NCBI RefSeq assembly: GCF_002113885.1
Contig: NW_018408822.1
Coordinates: 388,420-452,419 of the forward strand
Direction of reading: 5' to 3'
Source of the DNA: Mizuhopecten yessoensis
Lineage: Eukaryota
DNA length: 64,000 nt
Part shown: one piece after another, positions 1 to 13,100 of the stretch
Numbering within the stretch: position 1 is the first letter of the stretch
Layout: the number at the start of each line of letters is the position of its first letter
Notes under the pieces: model-generated
The model's input: only the letters and a program-made list of their open reading frames with translations
The model's database searches: none
Told to the model about the DNA's origin: nothing
Translations under genes and position numbers: made by a program

Positions 1-3000
1 GCATATCATATCCAGTTACCCACAAACATATTACATATAATATCCAGTCACTCACAAACACATTGTATATCATATCCAGTCACTCAAAAGCAAATTACAT
101 ATCATATCCAGTCACTAAAAACCAAATTACATATCATACCCAGTCACTGACAAACACATTACATATCATATCCAGTCACTCAAAAACAAATTACATATCA
201 TATCAAGTTACCCACAGACACATTACATATACTATCAAGTCACTCACAAACACATTGCATATCATATCCAGTTACCCACAAACACATTACATATCATATC
301 CAGTTACCTACAAACACATAACATATAATATCCAGTCACTCACAACACATTGCATATCATATCCAGTCACTGACAAACACATTACATATCATATTCAGTA
401 ACCCACAGACACATTACATATACTATCCAGTCACTCACAGCCACATTACATATCATATCCAATCACTCACAAACACATTGCATATCATATCCAGTCACTC
501 AAAACCAAATCACATATCATATCCAGTCTCTCACAACCCATTGCATATCATATCCAGGCACTGCCAAACACATTACATAGCATATCGAGTCACTCACAAA
601 CACGTTGCATATCATATCCAGGCACTGCCAAACACATTACATAGCATATCGAGTCACTCACAAACACGTTGCATATCATATCCAGGCACTGCCAAACACA
701 TTACATATCAATACTATCCAGTCACTCCCAGCCACATTACATATCATACCCAGTTACCCACAAACCCATTACATATCATATTCAGTAACCCACCAGTCAC
801 TGACTGTTAAACACTAAACATATCGTATCCAGTCACTGACAAACCCATTACATATCATACCAAGTCACTGACAAACAGATTGCATATCATATCAAGTTCC
901 CCACAGACACATTACTTACATACCATGCCTAGTCACTCACAAACACGTTGCATATCATATCCAGGCACTGCCAAACACATTACATATAATATCATGTCAC
1001 TCACAACACATTTCATATCATGTCCAGTCACTCAAAACCGCATTGCATATCATCCCCAGTCATTGACAAACACATAGCATATAATATCCAGTCTCTCAAA
1101 GCCGAATGGCATATCATACCCAGTTACCCACAAACCCATTACATATCATACCAAGTCACTGACAAACAGATTGCCTATCATGTCAAGTTACCCACGAACA
1201 CATTAAATATACTATCCAGTCTCTCACAACCCATTGCATATCATATCCAGTTCCCCACAAACACAATACATATCATATTCAGTAACCCACAGACACATTA
1301 CATATACTATCCAGTCACTCACAGACACATTACATATCATTTCCAGTCACTCACAAATACATTGCATTTCATATCCAGTCACTCAAAACCAAATTACATA
1401 TCATATCCAGTCACTCAGACCCAAATTACATATCATACCCAGTCACTGACAAACACATAACATATAATATCCAGTCACTCACAACACATTGCATATCATA
1501 TCCAGTCACTGACAAACACATTACATATCATATTCAGTAACCCACTGACACATTACATATACTATCCAGTCACTCACAAACACATTGCATATCATATCCA
1601 GTTACCCACAAACACATTACATATCATATCCAGTCACCCATAAACACATTATATATCATATCCAGTCACTCACAAACACATTACATATCATATTGAGTCA
1701 CCCACAAACACATTACATATCATATCGAGTCACTCACAAACACATTGCTTACCATGCCCAGTCACTCACAAACACATTACATGTCATTTCCAGTCACTTA
1801 CTAACGCATTACATATCATATCCAGTTACCCACAAACACATTACATATCATATTCAGTACCCCACAGACACATTACATATACTATCCAGTCACTCACAAA
1901 CACATTGCATATCATATCCAGTCACTCAAAACCAAATTGCATATAATATCCAGTCACTCACAAACACATGATATATTATATCCATTCACTGATAAACACA
2001 TCACATGTCATATCCAGTCACTTACTAACACATTACATATCATACCCAGTCACTGACAAACACATAACATATAATATCCAGTCACTCAAAACCAAATTAC
2101 ATATCATATCCAGTCACTCACAAACACATTACATATCATATTGAGTCACCCACAAACACATTACATATCATATCCAGTTACCTACAAACACATAACATAT
2201 AATATCCAGTCACTCAAAACCAAATTTCATATCATATCCAGTCACTCAAAACCAAATTACATATCATATCCAGTCACTCAAAAACAAATTACATATCATA
2301 TCATACCCACAAACACATTACATATCATATCCAGTCACTCAATAACAAATTACATATCATATCAAGTTACCCACAGACACATTTCATATATTATCAAGTC
2401 ACTCACAAACACATTGCATATCATATCCAGTACCCACAAACACATTACATATCATATTCAGTAACCCACTGACACATTACATATACTATCCAGTCACTCA
2501 CAAACACATTGCATATCATATCCAGTCACTCACAACCAAATTACATATCATATCCAGTCACTCAAAAACAAATTACATATCATATCAAGTTACCCACAGA
2601 CACATTTCATATACTATCAAGTCACTCACAAACACATTGCATATCATATCCAGTTACCCACAAACATATTACATATAATATCCAGTCACTCACAAACACA
2701 TGATATATTATATCCATTCACTGATAAACACATCACATGTCATATCCAGTCACTTACTAACACATTACATATCATTCCCAGTCACTGACAAACACATAAC
2801 ATATAATATCCAGTCACTCAAAACCAAATTTCATATCATATCCAGTCACTCAAAACCAAATTATATATCATACTCAGTTATCCACAAACACATTACATAT
2901 CTTATCCAGTCACTCACAAACACATTGCTTACCATGCCCAGTCACTCACAAACACATCACATGTCATATCCAGTCACTTACTTACGCATTACATATCATA

Positions 3001-4140
3001 CCAAGTCACTGACAAACACATTACATATCACATCCAGTTACCCACAAACACATTACATATCATATTCAGTAACCTACAGACACATTACATATACTAGCCA
3101 GTCACTCACAGACACATTACATATCATATCCAGTCACCCATAAATACATTACATATCATATCCAGTCAGTCACAAACACATTACATATCATATTGAGTCA
3201 CCCACAAACACATTACATATCATATCGAGTCACTCACAAACACATTGCTTACCATGCCCAGTCACTCACAAACACATCACATGTCATATCCAGTCACTTA
3301 CTAACACATTACATATCATTCCCAGTCACTGACAAACACATAACATATAATATCCAGTCAATCAAAACCAAATTACATATCATATCCAGTCACTCAAAAA
3401 CAAATTACATATCATATCATACCCACAAACACATTACATATCATATCCAGTCACCCATAAACACATTACATATCATATCCAGTCACTCACAAACACATTA
3501 CATATCATATTGAGTCACCCACAAACACATTACATATCATATCGAGTCACTCACAAACACATTTCATATCATATCCAGTTACCCACAAACACAATACATA
3601 TCACATCCAGTCACCCACAAACACATTACATATCATATCCAATCACTCACAAACACATTTCATGCCATGCCCAGTCACTCACAAACACATTACATATCAT
3701 ATCCAGTCACTGACACGCATTATGTGTCATACCCAGTCACTAACAAACACATGATATATCATACCATGTCACTCACAAACATATTACATATCATATCCAG
3801 TCACCCACAAACACATTACATGTCATATCCAGTCACTGACAAACACAGTACATATCATATCGAGTCACCCACAAACTCATAACATATTATATCCGGTAGG
3901 TCATAAACACAGTACGTATCACATCCAGTCAGTCACAAACACAGTATGTATCATACCCAGTCAGTCACAAACATTACATATCACATTCAGTCACTCACAA
4001 ACTTAACATGTCACATCCAGCCACCCACAAACCACAAACTTTAAAAATCATTCTTAGTCAGTTACAAATATATTAGATATCTCATTTAGTCACTACTAAA
4101 CACATTATATATCATATCCAGACACACACAAACACATTGC
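1..4140. repeat. 32-bp minisatellite/satellite array (consensus CATTACATATCATATCCAGTCACTCACAAACA), more than 100 degenerate copies, runs off the left edge
   Basis: Unit visible by eye. The ORF track shows 32-aa (3 x 32 nt) periodic peptides in all + frames. Divergence increases towards 4.1 kb. Confidence 0.95.
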
Positions 4141-4599
4141 TTATCACCTTCTGTAGCAGGATTGTTAAGATAAAATGTAAGCGCTAACGTTTCGGTTTTC
4201 ATGACGTCCGTCGTTTGTTTGAGTTATGCTTGTAGCTTTTGAACACAAGTCCTGTACCTGTTAACAAGCTTTTAATGAGATTCACGTTTCAATACAAGGA
4301 TTCAATGATACACACAACAAGACAGGTAGCGATATCCAATAACCAATATGTGAACAATTAAATTGTCTTTCCCTTTTGGTCATTATTTGACACATGCGAT
4401 TTCAAGGCTAATATATACTCAGCCATCTTGACATTCATTGCAGATAATCAAGTTGTTTTTCTGAGGTAAGGACATGTTTTTGTGCAGAATGGACAATAGA
4501 GCGCCGCACATACATACATAATGAGAATAACCGTGTACAATTACCACGCATACGAAATGGAAAACCCAATTTTAAGTGGAACTATAAACATATGTCAAC

Positions 4600-4733
4600 C
4601 ACAGGGTCACGTTACAAATGTCTGAAATACACATATGCTGTACTGATACGGGTCACAACACATGTTTATGTGTGTTATGACCCGTATGAGTATAGCATAT
4701 GTGTATTTCAGACATTTGTAACGTGACCCTGTG
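4600..4733. mobile_element. 134-bp palindromic MITE, CACAGGG...CCCTGTG termini, 7-bp TSD TGTCAAC (P-element-like)
   Basis: Near-perfect arms of about 60 bp (cacagggtcacgttacaaatgtctgaaatacacatatgct / agcatatgtgtatttcagacatttgtaacgtgaccctgtg). tgtcaac at 4593-4599 and 4734-4740. CA..TG ends with a 7-8 bp TSD fit the P superfamily; that assignment is inference. Confidence 0.85.
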
Positions 4734-5022
4734 TGTCAACAGTTTTCTTTAGAGGAGTCATAATCAAATACTCAGCCAACAGACAGCAGTCATACGTTCG
4801 GCAATAACGCAGGACTGCCAGGTTTTAAACTCTTCATACTGTCGATACTTGTGTGTGTCACATATGTGTTCTTAGCGACGTGTAACTGCACCCGTCATGG
4901 TTTTTCCAATCATGTGACTACGGTTTACATAATATATGTACGACATTCAGGAAGTTGTATTTTCCACAATGTGAATCATGTGAGTGAAATTGTCCACACA
5001 TTTGTGATGATTGAAAGGGTTG

Positions 5023-5067
5023 TTATATAAGTCAACGACCAGAATGCTATGAAGCAACGAGGTAAGT
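5023..5067 (+). promoter_or_regulatory. Candidate TATA box and non-coding first-exon donor for the 8357 gene
   Basis: TTATATAA at about 5023-5030 followed by a strong donor GAG|GTAAGT at 5061/5062. Acceptor-like sites at about 8294 and 8310 lie just upstream of ATG 8357. Confidence 0.3.
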
Positions 5068-8000
5068 TGTTAACAAAACGAACCTGACAAATTAATCTGC
5101 TTTTTATACCTAATGTATGCTACTTTTTCTATCTGTAGCACTATCCCGTATAAGAATGTAGCAAAATTAAATGATACACATAACAGAAATAAGAAAATTG
5201 CATGTATTCTTTAACAGTTTAATATAATTTGGAACCTAACATCTCTGGATACTCATACCAAAGATGGTTAATCGTTTACAGAGGTAGTCATTAATGTCGT
5301 CCCTCAGCTTCAAGAAAAGGCTATCACTTACGGCATGTACCAACATGACGTGTTCCGAATATAAGTATGTTCGGAACGAATAAAGAAGACCACCTGCATC
5401 ATTGGAAGACTATAAAGTGTTCCAAATATGCGCAGTTTTGAGAAAAAGACAGTAAGACAGTTATATTTGCCTGATTATTGAATGTATACATATTTCAACT
5501 GTAACAAAGGATAACTCATTCTGATGAATTGTTGAAAAGAAAATCTTTTAATGACTAACATTTAAGATATGTTCACCATCCACAGTTTAACTGCTAAACA
5601 CTCACAGAATTAAGGATGCACACAAATATACAGATTTTTCTTATCCCCGACAGTTTGGGATATAGTGAGTTTGAAATAATAGCAGACGATATAAATATGC
5701 TGTTAGGATAATACGTACTGATCACGAGTGCACGTAATCATCGAGCCAGGCTACACAAAATATTGCCAGAAGTTGTAAAGTTAATAAAGAAATGTAGCTG
5801 ATGTTGTGTAAGCATGATTTACCATGTAGAACGTGCATTGAATAATTTTGATTTAACGATTATGGCGAAACGGGTGAACAGGTATGTGTATCAACTGTAA
5901 TGTTACGCTTGGGTAGACATATACACTGCTAAAGACTGCTGTCTGGGTATACACAATAAAGCAACGAATATTTCCCACAATAAACAAAGATGTTTTAATG
6001 TTTTGTAGGTTGTGGGGGAGAACATGTCCCATTAAGACATCAAAGGTTGGATGCTTAGTTTGGGCCCCCTTTTCAGGATTTCCTCTCTATGCAGTCAATG
6101 GATCGTCTCTATGTGTAGTAAGTCTCTAACGTTATAACTGAACTATTGTAGTTTGACACGTTTGTGTCGACTAAGTTAAGCTTGTCATAGTAGACAACGA
6201 TCATTAATGTATATCGTATAAAACAATACTGCGTAAAAAATCGTATGTTACTATGTATAAGATAAATATATGTCACCAGAAAGGAAATAAAAGGAAAATG
6301 TAATTATCATATACTTACTCTAAACACAGGTTATTTGTTTTCATCAAAGCATCCAATGTCCCTATGTACTCTCCCCTTTATCGCACTACTAAACAACCCT
6401 TTATCTCATCCCTTTATTATAACACTTCCGTACACTCTAAAGTAAACACATGAAACACATTATAAATATGTCACTTTTCATATTATAATCCGTACCAGTC
6501 TTCAACCAATATCAGATCTCGCGATAAGATTATACGAGCCATGCTATAGAAATGGCTACGTGATAGTTCGTACGTGGAGTATAACTGGAAATATTTGTGC
6601 ATAACCTGGAGTTGTCCTTGCTTGGCTCTATCAGACTGGAAAATGCGCCTGTTAAATCGATAATGATATGTACTTAAGCATCGTATTTCCTGTTATTAAG
6701 TACAAGGAGGTAACGGCATAGATAAGTCCAAATGTAATTCATTCATCAATACAGCTTGTAGCTGCATTCACACATATAAAGAAGAAACAAGATTGTTGAA
6801 TACAAAATAGTCTGTTATACATTTCTCGAAAAAAACTCCATATAAAGCTGCTAGAAGTTGGTAACATTTTTAGCTGCTAACGATAGTGAACAAAACCCTA
6901 GACACGATTTTCATTAGCCAGTTTGTTTAATCATGACGGTAAACCTTGTGCCTTTATACAAAATATGACAGCCAGCCCCACTTGTACTAGCACTGCATTA
7001 CAGTGTTAACGCCCAATACGACCACTTACGCCGGTACAGGAGACGTACCAGTACGTTCTTTTACATCAAAATCACTCCACGGGACCGAACTTTAAATATT
7101 TTGGAAAGAAAATATCAAACAACTACACTATTATATCCGTTCCAGTATAATGGCTATAATAATAAACCGTAACAAAGTAGATTTAAACACCGTAAACCGT
7201 TTTCCTTGATAGTAATTTAGAATAGTTATGCTACTGTGTTTTCGTTAATCCAATGCTAGTTAATTGTGTCGGGGTTTTACCCAAGTGACTAATACATTGC
7301 ACAGCATATGTTACTTCCCTTAATGCTTCACTCTATGCTGGTTGACCCTATTTCAGGGGATATCAGTGTATCCTATTATTACATAATAATATGTCTATCT
7401 TGGATAGTTACATGGTTTGACGTCACAGGAATCATTGTGAAGGAAACCAATTTTTACTCCTCTTCTATTGGGGATTTGTGATGTCTCCTCAGTTTTCACC
7501 TGTTTTTTTTTAAAATTTAGTTTGAGCGCTTCTTTTCTTGATTTTGTGTATTTTCTGTTTTGTAAATAGAAAGGCTATGCAAAAGTTTCGATGCAGTCAT
7601 AACACATTCCAGTTCACTATGCCAACATATTCTTATAACAACTTGTGCTAGGGTATCATGTATACACACAACCGACAAACTATGTGTTTACATTACAATG
7701 CAGCGACGATACACAACATCCGTAAATATACACCAGCAATTCAACCCCGCTGTTTAACCTATTGTAACCTGACACAATCATGCAGACTTAGTTAGGGTAC
7801 AATATGGTTTTATGACTTGCTATCCGCTGATTAGCACAATGACATTCGTCACCTTCCGAAGCATGTAATTCTTTGTCAGGATATACACAGAAATCAATTA
7901 CATAACACAAAGTATAAGAAAATGTGAATTAACAACATGATTAATAAAATATCATAACGTTTATCTACTGCATAATTAAATTATCTTTTGATGATAGCAT

Positions 8001-8356
8001 ATTACATAATTGAAATTTGTAGACAATATTTGAAATATGGCCGTGTTATCAAAGATAGTTTAACATAAAAAGATGAAGTTATTTAGAATATAATTATAAT
8101 TAGCACGTAAACTTTTGAACAGGACTGCGATACAATAACATTTAATTACGATTTCGTGAAATTTCGGAAAAGAAACAAGTTGTTCAGAAATCATAGAAGG
8201 ACAGATTTAGTGAAAAACATAGGGATTGATTAATAATAGTTATTGTTATAAATATACTAAAAATATTGAATAAAGATTTTTGTTTTACTTCAAGGTTTTC
8301 ATGAATACAGATTTCGGAAAAAGGCCGCCAAGCTGTAGGTCATTATCATATCAACA

Positions 8357-9769
8357 ATGAACGAAGAAGAGAAACGCGCTTTCTTCGAGTGTTTCCTACG
8401 TCTTGAGCGTCACAGAAGACAGCTTCGTGATTTTATCTCACTTTTATCCTTGCATGGTGTGATCACTAATAATGATGGCACAAGTATTCGAAAATCTATA
8501 AGAACACATTCAGACATAAATCTTGAGGTTATTAAGGATATACCTAATCACTGCAGCAAGGATAGACTTCTCAAATGTCTGAAGATGAATCATAAACTGT
8601 ATAAAAAGTTCAAGAATAAACTTTGCAAGGCAACCTCGCCTGTACTTACTCCGCAAAGTATAAACCCAAATGGCGCAAGAGAAACATACATGAATAACTT
8701 CTATGAGGTGTTGAAAGCCAAAGCATTGAAGAGTGGAGAACTAGAGTGGACTACAGATTTTCAACGATGGGCCATTCAACTTTCATGCACACTCCAAAGC
8801 TTGCCCTGTGGTAGCGACAAACGCAATGTCGCAGACTGCTATTTTGTGTTACTGGATTTACAAGCGGTAATCGAGAAACAGCACAAAGCTGATAAAACCC
8901 AGCTTTGGAAGCGTCCGGTGTTTCAGGCAATGGAATCCATTCTTTGTGAAACATCAAATCCTTCCTTGTCAAGGCTCATATTTCAATCTCGAAAGGGGAC
9001 TGCATGTGCACAGTCTAGCGAATATGAAGAAACATTGAAATACGCCTCTCTTGTGTTGTGTGACGTTGCTATGTTTTCGAGTGGGAAACAAATAGGAAGC
9101 TGCATATTCGCGGTCGTAAATATGTACTTACAATACTACAGTTACCTCTGTAAAGCCAATAGGCTTGTGGAGGCAAATGAGTGCAAAAAGCAGATCCTGC
9201 ACTGGATTGACGTTGGATATCTTCAGTTCGCAGACGAGGATAAAGATGTGATAAAGACTTGGAGAAGAGTATATCTGGACAAGAAAATATACTGTCACCT
9301 TGGGATCGATATCTTATCTAGGGATATCCAGGGTACTATAATATCAGACGACGATATGGAAAAAGCAACACAATGTCTTCAAGAAATGGAGGCACTAAGA
9401 GATGGAATGGAGAGGTTGAGGTTATTGCATTTTTTCATTGCGCACGGAAAATTGAATATGTGCAAGGGATATACATTGGCTGCGAAAGGCTATTATGAAG
9501 AGGCGTTGAAACTCGCATATGAAGGGAAATTCCATTCCGAGGTTGCAGTTTTGAAAGAACGTTTTTTCCCACCGTGTGGCAAGCCCGGGGAGGAAAATGC
9601 GCTTGGCAGGCCCGGGGAGGAAAATGATGAACTTAGTCCACCTGTGACATCATCCATTTCTGAACCTTCTGAAGACAATGAGGAAGACTCAGTCAAAAGT
9701 ATTATTACACAGGTCCAGAAAAAACTTAATATCAATGACGATAACGCTTACTTGAACGTTAATAATTAA
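8357..9769 (+). CDS. Uncharacterised 470-aa protein: possible degenerate CARD/death-fold N-terminus, alpha-helical TPR-like C-terminal half, acidic/Ser-rich tail
   Basis: Uninterrupted 1413-nt ORF in AT-rich DNA. In-frame upstream TAG at 8336, ACAATGA start context, AATAAA at about 9975. N-terminal LRDFISLLSLHGVITNNDGTSIRK...IKDIPNHC...LLKCL resembles the CARD pattern. C-terminal FFIAHGKLNMCKGYTLAAKGYYEEALKLA is TPR-like. A 27-bp internal duplication encodes GKPGEEN/GRPGEEN. No TE motifs. Confidence 0.85.
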   Translation: MNEEEKRAFFECFLRLERHRRQLRDFISLLSLHGVITNNDGTSIRKSIRTHSDINLEVIKDIPNHCSKDRLLKCLKMNHKLYKKFKNKLCKATSPVLTPQSINPNGARETYMNNFYEVLKAKALKSGELEWTTDFQRWAIQLSCTLQSLPCGSDKRNVADCYFVLLDLQAVIEKQHKADKTQLWKRPVFQAMESILCETSNPSLSRLIFQSRKGTACAQSSEYEETLKYASLVLCDVAMFSSGKQIGSCIFAVVNMYLQYYSYLCKANRLVEANECKKQILHWIDVGYLQFADEDKDVIKTWRRVYLDKKIYCHLGIDILSRDIQGTIISDDDMEKATQCLQEMEALRDGMERLRLLHFFIAHGKLNMCKGYTLAAKGYYEEALKLAYEGKFHSEVAVLKERFFPPCGKPGEENALGRPGEENDELSPPVTSSISEPSEDNEEDSVKSIITQVQKKLNINDDNAYLNVNN

Positions 9770-10157
9770 GCATAATTTTGTATAGTCTTTAGATCACGCC
9801 GTTACTGTAAAATGATCATGGTCAAGTGAAACTACATATATAAAATATGTGCCAGTTGGATTTTCAGTAGGAGTTGTTGACGACGATTGGCGAATTGATC
9901 TATCTGAAATTAACGTTTTTATCTTGACCTTACAAAGAAATTGAGTGATACAGTGGAGATATCACATTTCCTTTAATAAAGAGCAACATAGATAACGCAT
10001 ACATGGATTTTAGATCTTTGTTCATATGGACATCTACTTATACATGTACATATTGTTTTACATAATTTTTTAGAGTAAATCATAAATCATATTTCATTAC
10101 ACAGTTATTGACTGTAGTAAGTAATTGTGGATATGATGTGATATAAACATGGAAAAG

Positions 10158-10192
10158 TGATATTGACTGAGGCGGAGCCGAGTTCAATATCA
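10158..10192. repeat. Hairpin TGATATTGA-ctgaGGCGGAGCCgagt-TCAATATCA, probably part of a dispersed non-autonomous DNA element (about 10.1-10.9 kb)
   Basis: 9-bp outer stem plus a GC mini-hairpin with a GNA loop. A related GGCCGAAGGCT lies at about 10296. Confidence 0.4.
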
Positions 10193-13100
10193 GTTTTAGA
10201 GCATATCAGAAAAATATTTGTTTATACCTTCCCATGGTGCAGTCAAAATATTTGACCCAAGGGGGCAATAGTTGACAACGTGTTATAATGCACAAGGCCG
10301 AAGGCTGAATGAAATGTAATGCATAGTCAACTACAATCACCGATGGTTTAACGTTTTTGACTTTACAACTGGAAGGCAGCAAACAACCTGTATTACAAAT
10401 ACATGAATATGCATAATATGAATCACACAATGTTTAACTTCATGGACCTTCAGCAATATTCATTGGCGGTAGTTCAATATCAATTATCATCGAAAATTAT
10501 AATGGAATATTGGACACATTCCAGTTCTACTTTAATACCCTGCAAAAAGCTGGTACAAGTCGTCCGCAGTAGCGCAGAGAAAACCCCTTGCAATTTTGAC
10601 AGCCAGACGACAGATACATAAGGTGAAAGAACAACGTAGTCAATGGCAGTTGAACGCTTGAATCAACGTCTATTTGGAATATTGTAACGCGACGGTTACT
10701 TCACCTTGCATATATACTGGTCACGCGACACTGCATAACAAATAATATATTGCAAGGTCACATGACCATTTATTAGCGCAATATAACATTTTACAGAGCA
10801 ATAACCCTATATAGTGAAATAACAAATAGCGGAACACGTTTGGCTTATGAAGATATATATAACAAAGCAGTGTATTATGTCATAAATATATACAGAGCTT
10901 TGTTTTTAATAAATACGTAAAACTAAAATTATTTGTTCCGGTGATAAATAACTAAATTTTGACATCAAAAAAACATTTGGAGAAACTTTAAAGCGACTTC
11001 ATCCCAAAAACTGTTTCCCATTTCCAAATTTGGCTTGTGACAGCGTCGCATTAATATTTAAGCGAGTAGCGAGAAGTAAATTTTACCACAGCATTTACGC
11101 TAGTACCCGACATGAATGGGTTCATAAAATCGGGTCTAATGCTATTCATGGAGTTATATATTGTCCATAGGTAGCGATAGCGATTAAATATATCTGCATT
11201 TATTGTTTATGTTACATACATTTACGTATCGTGTAAAATAAAGGGAATCAATGTCAAGATCGAGCACTGACACCCACACCTTCGGAGGTCAGTTAATTTT
11301 GTGAAAATATTAGCATCAACTTTTGATTGCTATTATTAACAAAATGTAAATGAATAAATAATCAAGATGGTAAATTACTTGAATAAGTCTTTCGTGTTTT
11401 TATTTTAGTTATTGTAGACGATGGAGTTGTAAGAAGTCCTCGTAGGTAGTCCTAGAAATGTTTATGTCGAACATCACCAATATACTATCTGAATAGGAAA
11501 TAAGAGGGTTGGACAAGTATCTTATGTCCCTTCGTCAATAACTGGCCTTTATGTAGTATACATTATAATAAAGTTACAAAAATAATGGATCTTCTAGAAG
11601 AGTAGAAGAATTAAGTTTAATATTATCCTGAAATGAAATGAAAGAGCTACAAATGACACTTAATAGCCGTTAATAGTTTTGTTCTTTTTTATTTTAGACG
11701 TTCAACTATAAACGGTGATCTTTTTATTTCATTCAAAAACATTTGAGTAAGTCTGAGAACTATTCTATATGAAGCTTCAATGGTATCAGCTGTAATCAAC
11801 TTGTGTCATATAAGATCAGTGAAATATGTGATGCTTTTAATGTGTTCCTGTTTGAATATATGATATTTGTTTTGAAACACTCTAGTCATATTTGTTCGTG
11901 TATCACCCTTGTGAATCGTTTACATACAGCTTAATTCTAGATGGTATATGGTCCGGAACTACCACTCGTTAACACGCTCAATGCAATCTGGGTTTAATTT
12001 CTTGTAGTTCCACATACTCTCCGCTTGCAATGCTATGCAGGTATCTATTTGTCTTTCTGAAATATTCCAAATTTCACCTTTACCCCCAAAAAACCATGAA
12101 TTAATTTAATAATATTTAAATGTAAATTTTAAGGTATAATTATTAAATCTACAAGTTCACAGTTCAATATAGAGGGTTATTATTATAACTGCTTAACGGC
12201 CTATCAACACACGAGAAGTTATTGGGACAAAGGAATGGTTGATAAAATCAGACGTTGAATTAAAATAACATCAAACAAAGGAAAAGGTAAAAGACAAGAC
12301 AAACGTGAACTTGAATATTAAACGTGGCTACATGTATATGTTGACATATATCTTTTAGGACAGGACAACAGTTTCAGATAGCTTCACATTTTAGGGACGC
12401 TTATTGTTGATTTAGGGTCTGATTTGTGTTCACGTCTCTAACATTTTGCATCTGACTTAAATAGGCTGATTCCCATGTATCTCATGTAACAGATTTTTAT
12501 GTGAAATCTGTGATCTGAAATCCTGAACGCATACATTTTTAAATTACCTGTATGTAGGGCAACTTGTTTTGATAGGGATTATAGTCTTTTTCTTAAAAAG
12601 TGTCTTATTTTTAACAAGTGAATCTACCTGTAAATCATACCTGTTGGCACATATGCTTATATAAATAATCATATATATGACCTACTTCTTAACACTGGTA
12701 TAACCTTTCAACATCAATCAAACATCGAACTGTTTAAAATATTAGTAAATGACTTTCCCAGGCAAACAGCAAAATATCTGTCGAAAATATTTGATAAAAG
12801 AAAAATGTATTATTTCGTAAAAATTAAGATTTTGTCTCATTCTACAAGTATATATATAATTTAATTGTTATTTAACCAACGACGCAAATGATATTTTGAA
12901 GGTAAATTTAAGTTAAAGTGACCTATAGACCCTTTGGGTCGGGTGCTAAAATAATTTGTGAAACATTGTACACGTATGTAATTTTGATGTTTGCACATGT
13001 CACTATAATAAAAAAAATTGTATTGTATTGTATTGTATTGTATATATATATATATATTTACCTCTAAAATTTTCTTAAGTTTTATATTTTTGATAATAGA

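Noticed and set aside
63-3882. Many His/Ile/Thr-rich ORFs
   Set aside because: Translations of the 32-bp satellite in all three frames, with no coding signal.
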